From an uncultured bacterium (GTDB taxonomy: Bacteria; Oederibacteriota; JAAXVQ01; JAUVAV01): DNA of 64,000 nt. Positions 47,830 through 60,400 of this stretch are shown piece after piece. The stretch is from assembly GCA_963710755.1 (NCBI GenBank), contig CAVQBK010000001.1, positions 288,001-352,000 of the forward strand. The letters are read 5' to 3'. The stretch's first letter is position 1. The number at the start of each line of letters is the position of its first letter. The translations under genes and the position numbers were made by a program. Under the pieces are notes generated by a model that was not told the origin of the DNA, did no database searches, and saw only the letters and a program-made list of their open reading frames with translations.

Positions 47830-48774
47830 CTACTTTAAGCCCGTTAACTGTAATTGATAAAGAATAACGCGATGGTGGCCTGAATCCACAACCGCCATCA
47901 GACCTTTAGAATCCACTTTAACATCTGTAGGGGCCTTCATGGCAGGTGCGGAAAGGGTGCGAATCAACTGCCCATTTTTATGATAAAAGCCAATCTGGTC
48001 TTTTCCTTGATCACAAACAATAATAATTTTCTGTTTATACAAGGTTATTCCCGAAGGCATAGCCATCTCTTGTTCACTGCCAAATTGGGAAACAAAATCA
48101 CCTTCCTTGGTCATGATTTGAATGCGATGGTTGCCTTGATCGGAGATAATTAGCTGTCCAAAACCATCATCAGCCACATCAACCGGATGGCGCAGGAAGC
48201 CTGGACCAAGGCCAAAACTCCCGATATGAATGATTGGTTTATCAAAACTGTCAAAACCGCAGACGCGATCGTTCTGCGCATCCGCAATCCAGCGTTGATT
48301 AAAGTCATCCACCATTATACCCATCGGTATATTGAACTGATTTTTATCATTGCCCAGGCTTCCAAAGCTACTCAGGTAATCACCGCGCCAATTGAAGCGC
48401 TCTATGCGCTGGTTGCCTGTGTCCGTTACCAGAACCGATCCATTGGCCAGCGCAATGCCTGTGGGCTGGTTGAACTGACCTTTGCCCTGGCCAAAGGTGC
48501 CGAACTGGAAGCGGAAGTCACCGTCTTTGCTGAACACCTGCACCCGCTGGTTGCCTGAATCGGTCACATAGATCAAGCCCTGTTCCCCATCACCCATGGC
48601 CACCCCCTGGGGATTAAGAAATTGTCCGGTTAAGGCCCCGGCCCGTCCGAAGATGGTTTTAACCACCGCGGTGATGGTCACCTGGCTTGGTTCTGATGAA
48701 GGCTTGACGTCCGGTAAAGTGCAAGAGGTTAATAAGCCTGAGATTATGATGAGGATCGTTAATGTGTTCTTCAT
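47830..48774 (-). CDS. NHL-repeat six-bladed beta-propeller lipoprotein
   Basis: Lipobox LLTSC; repeated GQF..P.G.A....YVTDSGNQRVQVF units. Confidence 0.9.
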   Translation of the reverse strand: MKNTLTILIIISGLLTSCTLPDVKPSSEPSQVTITAVVKTIFGRAGALTGQFLNPQGVAMGDGEQGLIYVTDSGNQRVQVFSKDGDFRFQFGTFGQGKGQFNQPTGIALANGSVLVTDTGNQRIERFNWRGDYLSSFGSLGNDKNQFNIPMGIMVDDFNQRWIADAQNDRVCGFDSFDKPIIHIGSFGLGPGFLRHPVDVADDGFGQLIISDQGNHRIQIMTKEGDFVSQFGSEQEMAMPSGITLYKQKIIIVCDQGKDQIGFYHKNGQLIRTLSAPAMKAPTDVKVDSKGLMAVVDSGHHRVILYQLQLTGLK

Positions 48775-48778
48775 GGCA

Positions 48779-49165
48779 TCACCTTTTTATTGTTGTTCCC
48801 GTGGCGCCCAGAGGGTATCCATAGGAGGCTGGGTGAGGGGTCCCCAAATGTTCTTTAATCCTTACCAGCATCCCTTCCGGATTTGTCAGCACATCATTAT
48901 TCCAAAACCGTATGACCTTATAACCTAGTGATTCCAATAACTGAGTTCTTTGACGATCAAACCCGATCTGAAGTGCATGTTGTCCACCGTCCAATTCAAC
49001 CATCAGTTTCTTGTCAGCACAATAGAAGTCCACTATATAATTTCCGATGCAATGCTGCCGGCGGAATTTGCAGCCAATTACTTGCCGGTCTCTTAATCGC
49101 TCCCAAAGCATTTTTTCAGTTTCAGTCATGTTCTGGCGAAGATGCTTGGAATGATTGTTATTCAT
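48779..49165 (-). CDS. DUF559 (Vsr-like PD-(D/E)xK) endonuclease, copy 1
   Basis: LRQNMTETEKMLW..LR...KFRRQH.IG.YIVDFYC...VELDGGQH...D..R...L...GYKVIRFWN. Start ATG 49165. Confidence 0.92.
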   Translation of the reverse strand: MNNNHSKHLRQNMTETEKMLWERLRDRQVIGCKFRRQHCIGNYIVDFYCADKKLMVELDGGQHALQIGFDRQRTQLLESLGYKVIRFWNNDVLTNPEGMLVRIKEHLGTPHPASYGYPLGATGTTIKR

Positions 49166-49169
49166 TAAA

Positions 49170-49301
49170 GGTCCCCTCACCTAACCTCTCCCCGGCAATC
49201 CGGGGAGAGGAATAAATTATTATGGATAAATTATTTGAGATAAAAATTAAATAAAATCTCCTCTCCCTGATCCAGGGAGAGGATGAAGGTGAGGGATCCC
49301 T
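49170..49301. repeat. REPIN-like doublet of BoxC-like palindromes with an AT-rich spacer
   Basis: GGTCCCCTCACCTAACCTCTCCCCGGCAATCCGGGGAGAGG - AT-rich - CCTCTCCCTGATCCAGGGAGAGGATGAAGGTGAGGGATCCCT; same sequence at ~50474-50605 and ~51183-51314. Confidence 0.92.
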
Positions 49302-49309
49302 TTATATCC

Positions 49310-50209
49310 CTAAAACCCCAACCCCACGGTCACCCGGTTGGCTGTATCCAAAGACGCCTGGGTATCCGCCCCATAATCAAGACTGACCTGATTCCAACTC
49401 AACCCCACCCCCACCGTCAGCGCGTCCCCACTCCATCCCATGCGGATGGTAAGGGGTTTAAGTCCATAGTAAGCCAGGCCAACCTGGCCTTGGCCAAAGG
49501 ACGCGTCCTCCACGGTCTGGCTTTGCGTTAAATAAATCATGGTTCGCATCTCAGCCCAGTCATAACTCGCGCCGACGTTGACCAGCGCTTTACCCAGATT
49601 TTCCCGGTAGGGGTTGTGCCAAGCCAGCCATTGCCGGTTGAGATGAAGCAAGACAACAGCCAAATGCCATCGCGGTGTCAAACCGGCGATCATGCCCACA
49701 TTGGCATCCACACCCCAGGCATAATCCTCACCCACCTTGAGATGAAAAACCTGGCCTTTGAGCCCCACCATAAGATGATCGGAAAGCATGAGGCCATAGC
49801 CAAGGTTAAAGCCGGAATCAATGCGGAGTTCATAAGCCCTTTCAAAAGCTTGTTCATTGGTGGTGGGATCAATGATGGGAACACCGCGACTGTCAAACAG
49901 CAGGCGTTCATAGGGTTCATTTTGGATGATTAATTGATCAAGCCCCAGGCCAAAAAGGCCCAGAGGGGTATGGAAGGCCGCCGTAAGCTGGTAGCCATAA
50001 CGGTCATAACCGAGCCTTGCCTGGCTCAGTTCCAGACGGGTTTGGGAACCAGCCTCCAAACCGGCGGGATTGAGGGACCACGAGCCGTCCGTGAGATCAG
50101 CAGTGCCCAAGGCTACGTCCCGCGCGTTGAGATCGAATTGTTGGATATTCTCGGCAGCGCCTAATAAGGGCAGGAGGATGATCAGCGTTATAAGGAAAGG
50201 TTTATTCAT
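49310..50209 (-). CDS. PorV-like outer-membrane beta-barrel
   Basis: Signal peptide, NARDVALG...SLNPAGL, amphipathic strands, IRMG, LDYG and C-terminal RVTVGLGF. Confidence 0.7.
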   Translation of the reverse strand: MNKPFLITLIILLPLLGAAENIQQFDLNARDVALGTADLTDGSWSLNPAGLEAGSQTRLELSQARLGYDRYGYQLTAAFHTPLGLFGLGLDQLIIQNEPYERLLFDSRGVPIIDPTTNEQAFERAYELRIDSGFNLGYGLMLSDHLMVGLKGQVFHLKVGEDYAWGVDANVGMIAGLTPRWHLAVVLLHLNRQWLAWHNPYRENLGKALVNVGASYDWAEMRTMIYLTQSQTVEDASFGQGQVGLAYYGLKPLTIRMGWSGDALTVGVGLSWNQVSLDYGADTQASLDTANRVTVGLGF

Positions 50210-50219
50210 TTAAATTAGT

Positions 50220-50605
50220 GGACCCCTCACCCAGCCTCTCCCCATATAACTGGGGAGAGGGGATATTATTCGTTTTAAATCTTTTCACTCCTCTCCCCAC
50301 CACCTCAAGCAGAGGAATTAAGTATTCTCATTCACTCAGTTTGCAGTCCAAATGTCCCTCTCCTCATATTGAGACGGTGTCTCAACGCTTATTAATCCCT
50401 TCTCCCCTCAGATGAGGGGAGAAGGTGCAGGATGAGGGGTTACAATAGTGTTTGTATTAAAGCCTTTTTATTAGGTCCCCTCACCTAACCTCTCCCCGGC
50501 AATCCGGGGAGAGGAATAAATTATTATGGATAAATTATTTGAGATAAAAATTAAATAAAATCTCCTCTCCCTGATCCAGGGAGAGGATGAAGGTGAGGGA
50601 TCCCT
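50220..50605. repeat. ~385-bp BoxC-like composite repeat block, copy 1
   Basis: Near-identical to 50930-51314 (offset 709-710 bp); made of several CCTCTCCC..GGGAGAGG hairpins. Confidence 0.92.
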
Positions 50606-50925
50606 AAATGTTCCCTAATCTTTAACAGTACCCCTTCCAAATTTGCCAACACCTCATTATTCCAAAACCGTATAACCTTATAACCTTGCAATTCCAGATA
50701 TTTCGTCCTTTGATTATCATACCCGGTCTGACTCGCATGCTGACCGCCGTCCAATTCTATAATCAGGTTTTTGTCAGCACAATAGAAGTCCACCACATAA
50801 TTTCCGATGCAATGCTGCCGCCGAAACTTACAGCCAATTACTTGTCTGTCTCTTAACCGATACCAAAGCACCTTTTCAGTATCAGTCATGTTCTGGCGAA
50901 GGTGTTTGGAATGATTGTTATTCAT
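50551..50925 (-). CDS. DUF559 endonuclease, copy 2
   Basis: Same motifs as copy 1 (about 23 differences over ~111 aa by manual alignment). The C-terminus GIPHLHPLPGSGRGDFI is encoded by the repeat. Confidence 0.92.
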   Translation of the reverse strand: MNNNHSKHLRQNMTDTEKVLWYRLRDRQVIGCKFRRQHCIGNYVVDFYCADKNLIIELDGGQHASQTGYDNQRTKYLELQGYKVIRFWNNEVLANLEGVLLKIREHLGIPHLHPLPGSGRGDFI

Positions 50926-50929
50926 TAAA

Positions 50930-51314
50930 GGTCCCCTCACCTAACCTCTCCCCATATAACTGGGGAGAGGGGATATTATTCGTTTTAATCTTTTCACTCC
51001 TCTCCCCACCACCTCAGGCAGAGGAATTAAGTATTCTCATTCACTCAGTTTGCAGTCCAAATGTCCCTCTCCTCATATTGAGACGGTGTCGCAACGCTTA
51101 TTAATCCCTTCTCCCCTCAGATGAGGGGAGAAGGTGCAGGATGAGGGGTTACAATAGTGTTTGTATTAAAGCCTTTTTATTAGGTCCCCTCACCTAACCT
51201 CTCCCCGGCAATCCGGGGAGAGGAATAAATTATTATGGATAAATTATTTGAGATAAAAATTAAATAAAATCTCCTCTCCCTGATCCAGGGAGAGGATGAA
51301 GGTGAGGGATCCCT
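50930..51314. repeat. ~385-bp BoxC-like composite repeat block, copy 2
   Basis: Direct repeat of 50220-50605 on the other side of DUF559 copy 2. Confidence 0.92.
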
Positions 51315-51464
51315 CATTATTTTTTTATTTCCCCTTTTTCCCCGGAATAAACCGCCACACTTCCTTGGTAAAGCAATCGCCCGGGCAACACTGCTTCCAC
51401 CCTTGACCGCCTTGACCTGCAGGCTGTGCGGCACGGGGCACCCATCCCATGTACGGTGACATGA

Positions 51465-54400
51465 TTATTCAGATTCAGGCGCTTCCGTGCCCTGCCATGT
51501 GGCCGTGTTGACACCCGCATGACCGCTGATCCCGGTCAAATGGTAAACCACCATGCCATTGTTATCCATAATGGTCAGCTCCACCGTGGCCGCCTGGGTC
51601 AGCTCATAGGTGATGACCGCCGTGCTGGTGGCATCATCCTTGAAAGGATCAGGGTTAATGGCCAGGCTGATGATTTTCAAGTCCGGTGTGGCCGTGGGTT
51701 GAGGCGTGCTGGTGGCTGTTGGTTGCGGCGTGGCCGTGGACTCTGGCGTGGCCGTGGCTTTGGGTTTGGGCTGATGGCGGTGGTCACCTTTCTCCAATAA
51801 GGTCAGGTTGACCTGGCGAACGCTGCTCTGGCCGTCATCATGGGCAATGGCTTTGATGACGTAATCCCCGGGATTGACCAGTTGGCCGTATTGATTACGC
51901 AGATTCCAGGTCTGGCTCTGAATCAGACCCGTGCTCTGCACATAAGTCACGCCAAAATCGCGAATACGGTCGCCCTCGCGGCTCAGCACCAAAAGCTGCA
52001 CATAGGCCGCCCTGGTGACCATGTATTGAATCAGCGTACTGTGACCTTCCTCCGCCGTAAGTAGCGACGGCTGGGCGGTCAGGCCCAGGATCTCCAGCTC
52101 AGCCGCCGGGGTGGCCGTGGGCCTCGGGGTCAGCACCTCGCCGGAAGCCTTGGCATATTGGAATTTCTCAATCCGTTGATTACCCTGATCCGCCACATAG
52201 ACCACGATGTCTTGGGCATTAATGGCGCCCTGGCCGGTTGACCCCTGGGGCTTGACATCACTCACGCCTTTAAAGGCCAGACCCTGGGGCCGGTCAAACT
52301 CACCCTGGCCGGCGCCAAAACTGCCCAGGCCGGCAATCAGGTTGCCATAAGGCCCGAAGACCTGAATCCTGTGCCGTGACTGCTCACTGATCCAGAAATT
52401 ACCGAGCGGCCCGGCCGTAATATGGGCGGGTTTGAAGTCATGGTGGCTGCCGCGGTAGCTGTAGAGCTTATGGCCCTTCATGTCAATTTTATCCACTTTA
52501 TGCGCCAGGCTTTGGACCAAATCAAGGAAGGCCGTGGTCTGGTCTTGGACCGTGATCTCCCCGGCTGCCAGGTCCACATAACCGTTGCCCTGGGGATGAC
52601 CGATCAGTTGCGGTTGATCATGGTCATCGAGGCGGTAGATCACGCCCTGTTCATCAAGCACATAAATCCGGCCGTCCGGGCCGGTGGTCACGCTTACTGG
52701 TGCCCAATCAAAGGCCTTGCCCAGCTGGCCTTGCAGCATGAGCTTGGTTTTGGCTTTGAAGCCCGGGCCGTCAATAGTGGCGAGCCATCGGCCGTCCAGG
52801 TCAAAGAGCTGCAGTCTGCGGTTGTCCTTGTCCACCACCACCAGACGGTTTTGGCTGTCAATGGTCAGATGGGTAGGCTCTTGGAATTCCCCTTCCCGCT
52901 TACCGTGTTCGCCAAAGTTAAAGAGATAATGATCAAGATTGCTGTATTTGTTAATCCGGTTGGCCTGCTTGTCGCTTACAAAGAGGCTGCCGTATTGATC
53001 AATGGCCGCATCAAAAGGCGCCTGCAAGGCCTCGGGCTGGCCGCTGTTATTGAGCTCGCCCACATAAGTCCACTGGCCCTTGGTCACGGTCAGTTGGTGC
53101 TTGGCCTGGTGGCCATCCTTGTAAACCACGGTCAGCATAAGCTCCACCGGGCCGTCAGGGCAAGACCGGCTATCCCAGACCCCGATGAGACCAACATCGT
53201 GAGCCAGATGGTGGCCTTGGTTGATGATAATCGCGTCCGTAGATCCCACCGGCCGGTAAGCCACGGTATAGGATTTCACTTTCTGCCGATGGTTTTCGCT
53301 GAGCAACCCTATGATGTGCACATAGCCATTGACTAAACTGCCCTGGCAAGGCGACAGAATGGCGCATTGCCCGTGATCTTCATTGGTTTCAGTGGCTGTA
53401 GGCGTGGCGGTCCAGGTGGGGCTTGGCTTCACCACGGCCGCGGCGCCAACTAGATGGTCTACAACAAAACTTCCGTATGAAATATCGAAAGAACCATCCA
53501 GATAATATACCGTGAGCCAAAGATTACAATGCATTTGGTTTTGCAGTGACGAAATGTCCAAAGATCCCAAAATATTATTATCCACTTGCATAGAAGATGA
53601 CCTAATATTAATGGGATTAGACTCATTACTGGTTGCATAAGACAAAGTATAGTAGTCAAATTGCTTGCCATTACCGTCCAGGGCATTTCCAAGAATATCC
53701 AGCATCGATCCACTGACATGGTCGCCAAGCGGGTAAGTGATTTTCGAATTGGTCATTAATGAAGCAACAGGCAAGGGATCGCCCATGACCAGATTATCAA
53801 TGTAGAAATCCCCTGATCCAACCTGGCCTGGTTGAGGAAAAATCAACACTTCTGCGATACGCGCGGGATCGCAATTGCCCCAATTGATGGAACTATAATC
53901 CCAACTCAGGGGTTGCCAATCCACGAGGCTGTTGGCCTGGAGATCCATTTCTCCTGATTCATTTCCATTAATGTCTTTAAATTTGAATTTCAGGGTAATT
54001 TCGCCCAGCACTTGAAGGGATAATTTATTCCTTAATGTAAAATTGGTATTGTCACCCTGGGATTCAGAAAGCACGGCTGATATGTAGCTCCATTCATTAC
54101 CAGCAGTTTTATTGAAGGTCACATGCAATGCGGTCGATGCATTACCGCTTATATCATCTTTCATACTTAACATATAAATATCCTGACCACCTGCGAACCA
54201 ATAAGCATCTGCAACGCCATCCTGATCTTCTTTGCTGTGGTCATTATCAAACTGATCAATAATTAGGGGTACTGCTGCGGTGGGCGTGGCAGTCGGTGTC
54301 ATGGTTCTTGTATGAGTTGAAGTGGGCGTGGCCGAGGGGCTTGGAGAGGGTGTCATAGTGCTTGTTGGTGAGGCGGTCCATGTGGGCGACGCTGTGACGG

Positions 54401-57400
54401 TTGCTGTAGGAGTTATTGAGGGCGTTGCCGTAGGAGATGCTGTTGGAGTTGACGTAAACGTCGCTGTTATTGTAGCTGTGGGCGTTATGGTCGGGGTTGG
54501 TGTATAGGTTGTCGGGACGGGCAGTGGATCGCCAAGCTTTAAATTATCAATATAAAATGAACCGGAACCGGTCTGGTCCGAATCGATCAGGAAGTCAATT
54601 TCCGATATCCGCCCGCGGTCCACCCGGCGCCAATCCAAATGGCTCAAATCAATACTTACAGCATGCCATCCATTGGAACCGGCCACATCTTGAGGTGCAG
54701 TTTCGTAGCTCTCATTCCCCAAATCATCGCGGAATTTAACCTTAACCGTATAAGTGCCTATAGTTTGGAAAGACAACACATTGTCATAACGGAAATCATG
54801 GCGGTTATCGTCTTTATCCAAACCGGTTAAGCGCAATTCCGGATATTCTTCTCCCGGATTTTTAGTGTAATCCACTTTCAAAAGAGGGCTTAGATTACCA
54901 TCAATATGGTCGGCCATGGTTAATGTATAAACCTGAGCTTGGTCTTCATTGCACCACAACCCATCAGGCCCTTCACTGAAATCTGTGTATAAGCAGTCCT
55001 GTTCAAAGTCGTCAATAACGGCCAAGCTGGGTGTACCGACCGGTGTGGGAATAGGCGTAGCTACAGGTAAAGGCAACGCATTCCCTAATTTTATATTATC
55101 CAGATAAAAAGTGCCTTTTCCCAAGTTTCCAGGTTCTACAAAAAAGATAACTTCCTTAATTTGACTGCGGTCCACCGATTTCCAATCCAGATATTGCAGA
55201 TCCACATCCGCGTAACCCCATTGATAAGGAGAATAAACGTGCAATACATCGGAATCAGCGCTTTCCTGGCCGGCACTATCCTTGAACTTGACAACCAGAT
55301 CCACATTGCCCAGTATATGAATGCTTAATTTCATGTCTTGGCTGAAGTTATGGATATTATCCGATTTATTCAGATCAGTCAGACTAAAATAGGTCCACCG
55401 ATCTTCTTCATTTTTTTTGTCATAATCCACTTCGACCGCACATCCATTGTTGCCACACAAATTGGTCTTAATGGATAGCGTGTAAGCGCCGTTTTCAGGC
55501 TGGAACCAGTAACCGTCCCTGGAATTTGTTCCATCCTGGAGGGACCCGTCATTGTCCAAATCATCAATAATAAGATTGGTTGGCTGCGGCGCCGTCACGG
55601 GGTCGGGCAAAGGCACGGCACTGCCCAATTTGAAATTGTCCAGATAAAACCTGCCTTTGGCTATGGTGCCGGGGGCTGCAAACACAATGATCTCTTTAAT
55701 GGCGCCGCGATTGGCGTTTTTCCAGTCCATGCCATCCAAATCAAGGGTCACATTTTGCCATTGGTTGCTATTGCTATTATGAAAGATGGGCGAGTCTCCT
55801 GTTTCCCGGCCATAAGTATCTTTAAACTTAACCAGCAGATCAACCTGGCCCAATACGTGAAAGGTAAGGCTGTGATCAACCCTCAAGTCGCTTATATTCC
55901 CTTCATGATCGAGGCGGCCCAAACTAAGGTAAGCCCATTGATCGGTGATGAGTTTTTCATAGGTAACTTTAATGGCGGTGGATGCATTATTGGCAATATT
56001 GGTTGCGGTGTAAAAGTGGTAGACATCGCCATTGGACCCGCTCCACAAGGCGTCTGCTTGATCCGCGGCATCCTGGATGGAAGCATCATTTTCCAAATTA
56101 TCAATAACAGCTTCACTAGGATCGCGGTTGAGCGTTTCGGGGGTAATTCCCACATCAGTTGGGTGCACCACCACCTGATTGCCGGCTTTGTCAGTGGCGC
56201 TTATGCTGCAAGGGTACGTCCCCACCTTCATGGGAAATCCCTTGTTATCAAGGCCTTTCCAGGTCAAGGCATAATGGCCGCAAGGCTGGCCGGAGAACAC
56301 CCATTTTCGCTGGTCAAAGCTCCCGGCATCGCCGATCAGCACTTCCACATCAGCCTGTTCGGAAAGGTCGTAACTGATCACAGCTTGATCATCCACGCCG
56401 TCGCCATTGGGCGAGATACGGCTGGGCGTGATGGACATACGGCTGATCACGGGCGCGGTGGTATCCAGCACTACGGTTACAGCCCGGCTCGGGCTGCTTT
56501 GTTCCAGATTGCTGCCATAGCGCCTGGTGGCCACGGCCGTCAGCTGGTTAACACCTTCGACCAGGCCCACCTCGAGTTCAAAATGACCCTTTTCATCTGC
56601 TTGGGCCATCCCGGCCGAAGCCCCATTAACCCGGATTTCAACTGTTGCGCCGGCCTCGCTGGTACCGCTTACGGAAAGCCGGGTCTGATTGGTTTGCTCC
56701 GGCAGCGTATCCAAAACCGGCGCTTCAATTTTGGCCACAACCATGTATTCGGAAAAATGCGTGATGGGACAATCAATCGCCGTAATGGTCACAGGCTCGG
56801 CATCGCTGGAAAGCTCTGTCCTGGGCGCCGGAATATCAAGCGATTCCAAGGTGCCGTCGGGTTTGAGGTAATAAACACCCAAAAGTCCGGGATCAATGCC
56901 CTGCATTTCCTCGGGCAGCATACGCACCGATAACCAGGCAGGATTTTGAGGATCAAAAGCAAGGCCATCGGGCTGCAATTTGTAAATCGATCCGATGGGC
57001 ATGGGCTTATTGGGATCTGCGGTTATCGTATTGCTCATTGGATCAACTGCAGAAAGCGAGATAACAGGATCAGAAGGATTGTCTGGATCATAAGCCAATG
57101 ATCCTGCCGGCACTTTAATATACGCTTTATTGCACGAAGCAGAGACATAGGACACGGAAGACGCGGCGGTCAGTACTTTGGTCCCAATGGTAACCGTTCG
57201 CGTAGCTTCGATTGGTCCGGCGGCGTCTATGACCAACAATTTGATTTCATAGATTCCATTCAAATCGGTTACATCCCAATAACCTAAACCATCTTCTATA
57301 CTTTTGGGTGTGGTGTAAACTTGATTGATTGGCTTCCAAGCTGTCTCTCCAGATTTTCGATAATATAAACTGTAATTGATAAAGCCTTCCCCAGACGAGC

Positions 57401-60400
57401 TGGTTTTGCCACGGATTTCAACAAACCGTCGGGGGGCGCTGTTTTTATTTAACTTGATTCCAAAATTATCATTAAGATCCCAAGCATTGGAGATAGCCGG
57501 ATCCGGATTGATATCAAGATTGGCATTATAAGATAGCCGCTTATCGGTCGTGAAATCCCTGTTCGCGCCTTGATATTGTCCGGGATAAGCATAATCTACA
57601 TGCCAGCCTTTATCCGGATCATCCGCTTTGACCACAACATAGGGATTATCTTGGGCAGGCTGACCCGATGATTTCCAGAAAGTATATTTACGTTTGATAT
57701 TATCCGCGGCGCTCATATCCACGTCTGGATAATAATCCGAAAAAGTAATTGACGGTGTGTGCGTGATAAAATTACTGTAAGACATATTGCTGTTAAACTC
57801 AACCAAGCTTTGCCCAAAAGATTGCCCGCTGTTGGTTAAAGCGCTGTCATCGGATGTTGACCATTCCTCACGACTAGTGACATCCGTGGTGACAATGGCC
57901 TGATCCCCCTGGAAATCAACTTGCATATGGGGATTACTGCTGCTTGCCGTGTATTTGGGATCCGAAAAACCTGCAAAATCAGGATCCCCTGGCGTAGTAA
58001 AACGAGCGGTTAAATTGCCGCTTTTTACTTGCTTGCCATGATAAATTTCCCGATCAGTGCTCTGCCAATGATCTGGATTATTTAAATCTAAGGTAAAAGT
58101 TGATGACCATGGATTAGTTGGCGGAATATAGCGGTTCTCGGCCACTAATGTACCTGAAAAGGTGTTCCCATTTTGAACCAGATTTTTAATAGTGGTTACA
58201 ATGTCAGGATTATTGTCAAAATCGTTACTGCCGGGGTAATAAGTGTCAGGTTCAGCGTAAATAAATAATGGATGAAGTATTGTTCCACCGTGATTCGGTT
58301 GCAAAATAAGATTAAATGCAATTTCTTCAGTTTGAAAGGGGCGTACTGTTGTTGTGCCTTGTTTAATAACTTCAACGCCGCTAACAGTTCCCTTTACATA
58401 CCAAGTAAATTTAACTTCATCCGGTTCCATCGGAAACCAGTTTCTTGCCAATGTACCATCAAAATAGTATAAAAATCGATAGACAAAAGCACTGGCAGAA
58501 AAACCGTCCCTTCTCGGATGTACATCTAATCCAAATCGCCCGTCACGATTATCCTCTGTAACATTTATTTTGTTTTCCATTCCAGCTATACATTTTCCGA
58601 CAGCTAAAAGGTCCGGCATATCAACTTTATATATGGCCGGCATTTCATCAAAGACTACATTAAAATCCACATCACAATATACCCATTTAGTATCCCTAAA
58701 AATATAATTATCATTACCCAACCCGGTATTGCAATTGCTGTTGGAGTGATCATGATGAATACTTCCTTTCCAACTAGTACTATAGCGTTGACCTTCATTT
58801 TCACCATCGCCGCGATGGCCAAACTTATATCCAGATAATGTTACTTCCTCTTTGGCCCTTGCTTTAATAGTATAATTTATCCCAAGATTACTGTCACTCA
58901 AATCATTAAGTTGCCCATGCACCGTCACATTGATGCCGCCAGTTTGCGGCGAATGATAATAACCTTCGGCTGTTGCATTCCAGTTGACCAATGTATTTCC
59001 GGTTGTATTGGCATTGTCAACCGGAGCTGTAATAACCGCAGTATGGCCTGCGCCAGATGATGCGGTAATCAGCAGTGGCGCGACCGCTTCATCTTGGCTC
59101 TGGTCATCCGTGGCAGTCGCTTTCATTCTCCACTGATAGAAGCCTTCAGTTGACCTTGTCCATGTGGTCGTTTGCAGGGTGTTTCCAGATATTGGATTGG
59201 TGATGGATAAGGTATCAACAACCGCATTGGCGGTGTTGACCAGTTCCAGGACAACATTAGATTCCTTGGAAACCATATAAGAGATGGACATCGTGGTGCC
59301 TGGAGGCACACAATTGGGTTCCACTCTAAAATCTTTGATGGCGACGGGCTGAGCAAGGGTTTGTGTAATTTCAAAATCAACCTGCTGTTTACCCAGTCCC
59401 ATATGATCATCATCCCTGGCGATCATTTCCAGGCGATAACTGCCACTGGGCGCATAATCCGTGCCGAGCGTATTTTTGCCATCCCAGGTCGTGGCAATAT
59501 TGCCTGTCTTTTCAAACCAACGGTGGTGATACACCACTGGTCCATAATCATTGGCAGCCAGATTATCCATTCGATAAATATTCAATGTCACTGAGCATAA
59601 TTTTCCATTATCCTGGGTTAAATCAGCATTGATGTTCATATATGCATTTTGAAAATCAATATTAAAGACATGGCCCGCAACCGGTGCAACCACAGCCACG
59701 GCAGGCGAGGTCGTATCTATCATTTTATTGATCACAACTTCCTTATAATCAAAGCTGCTATGCCCCGACTTATCTTTTGTCACCAACATTAGCGTATAAT
59801 CAGCGCCGTCGGTTAAGGCCGAAGTATTCCAATCACCAAGAACACTATTCACCACGGCCCTTTCACTGCAGTTACTTGCAGGATAGAGGCTATCTTGGGC
59901 GTTTTGATTTACAGGAGGCACGGGTACTGGATGCCAGATCGTGGTGTCCGGATTCAAGGGATTATTTTGAAGATTACTGAAATCCACGTTTTTCCCTTCT
60001 CTGTACCATAAATAATAATTATCAAAATCGCTCGGATCATCAATTCCAGGATCAAGTGCCGTGCCCGTGACAATCACCGTATTACCCACTGTTTGGACTG
60101 CCGCTGGATAAGTTATTTTGGCTGGAACTTGATTCTTAATGACGGTCACTGTCCTGAAACTGGTATTACCCACTGAATCAGTACTGGTCAGCCGGACTTC
60201 ATAAATCCCGTCACTCACATAGACATCACCAGAAGACTTGCCGTCCCAAGTAAAATGACCGCTCAATCCTTGGGTATTGTCCGAATAAGTTCTCACAACT
60301 TGGTTCAGGGTATTGCGGATATCCAGCTCAACATCCGCTGCTTGTGCCAACTCATAGGATATGGTTGCAGTATCCCTATTACCATCTTGATTCTCCGGCG

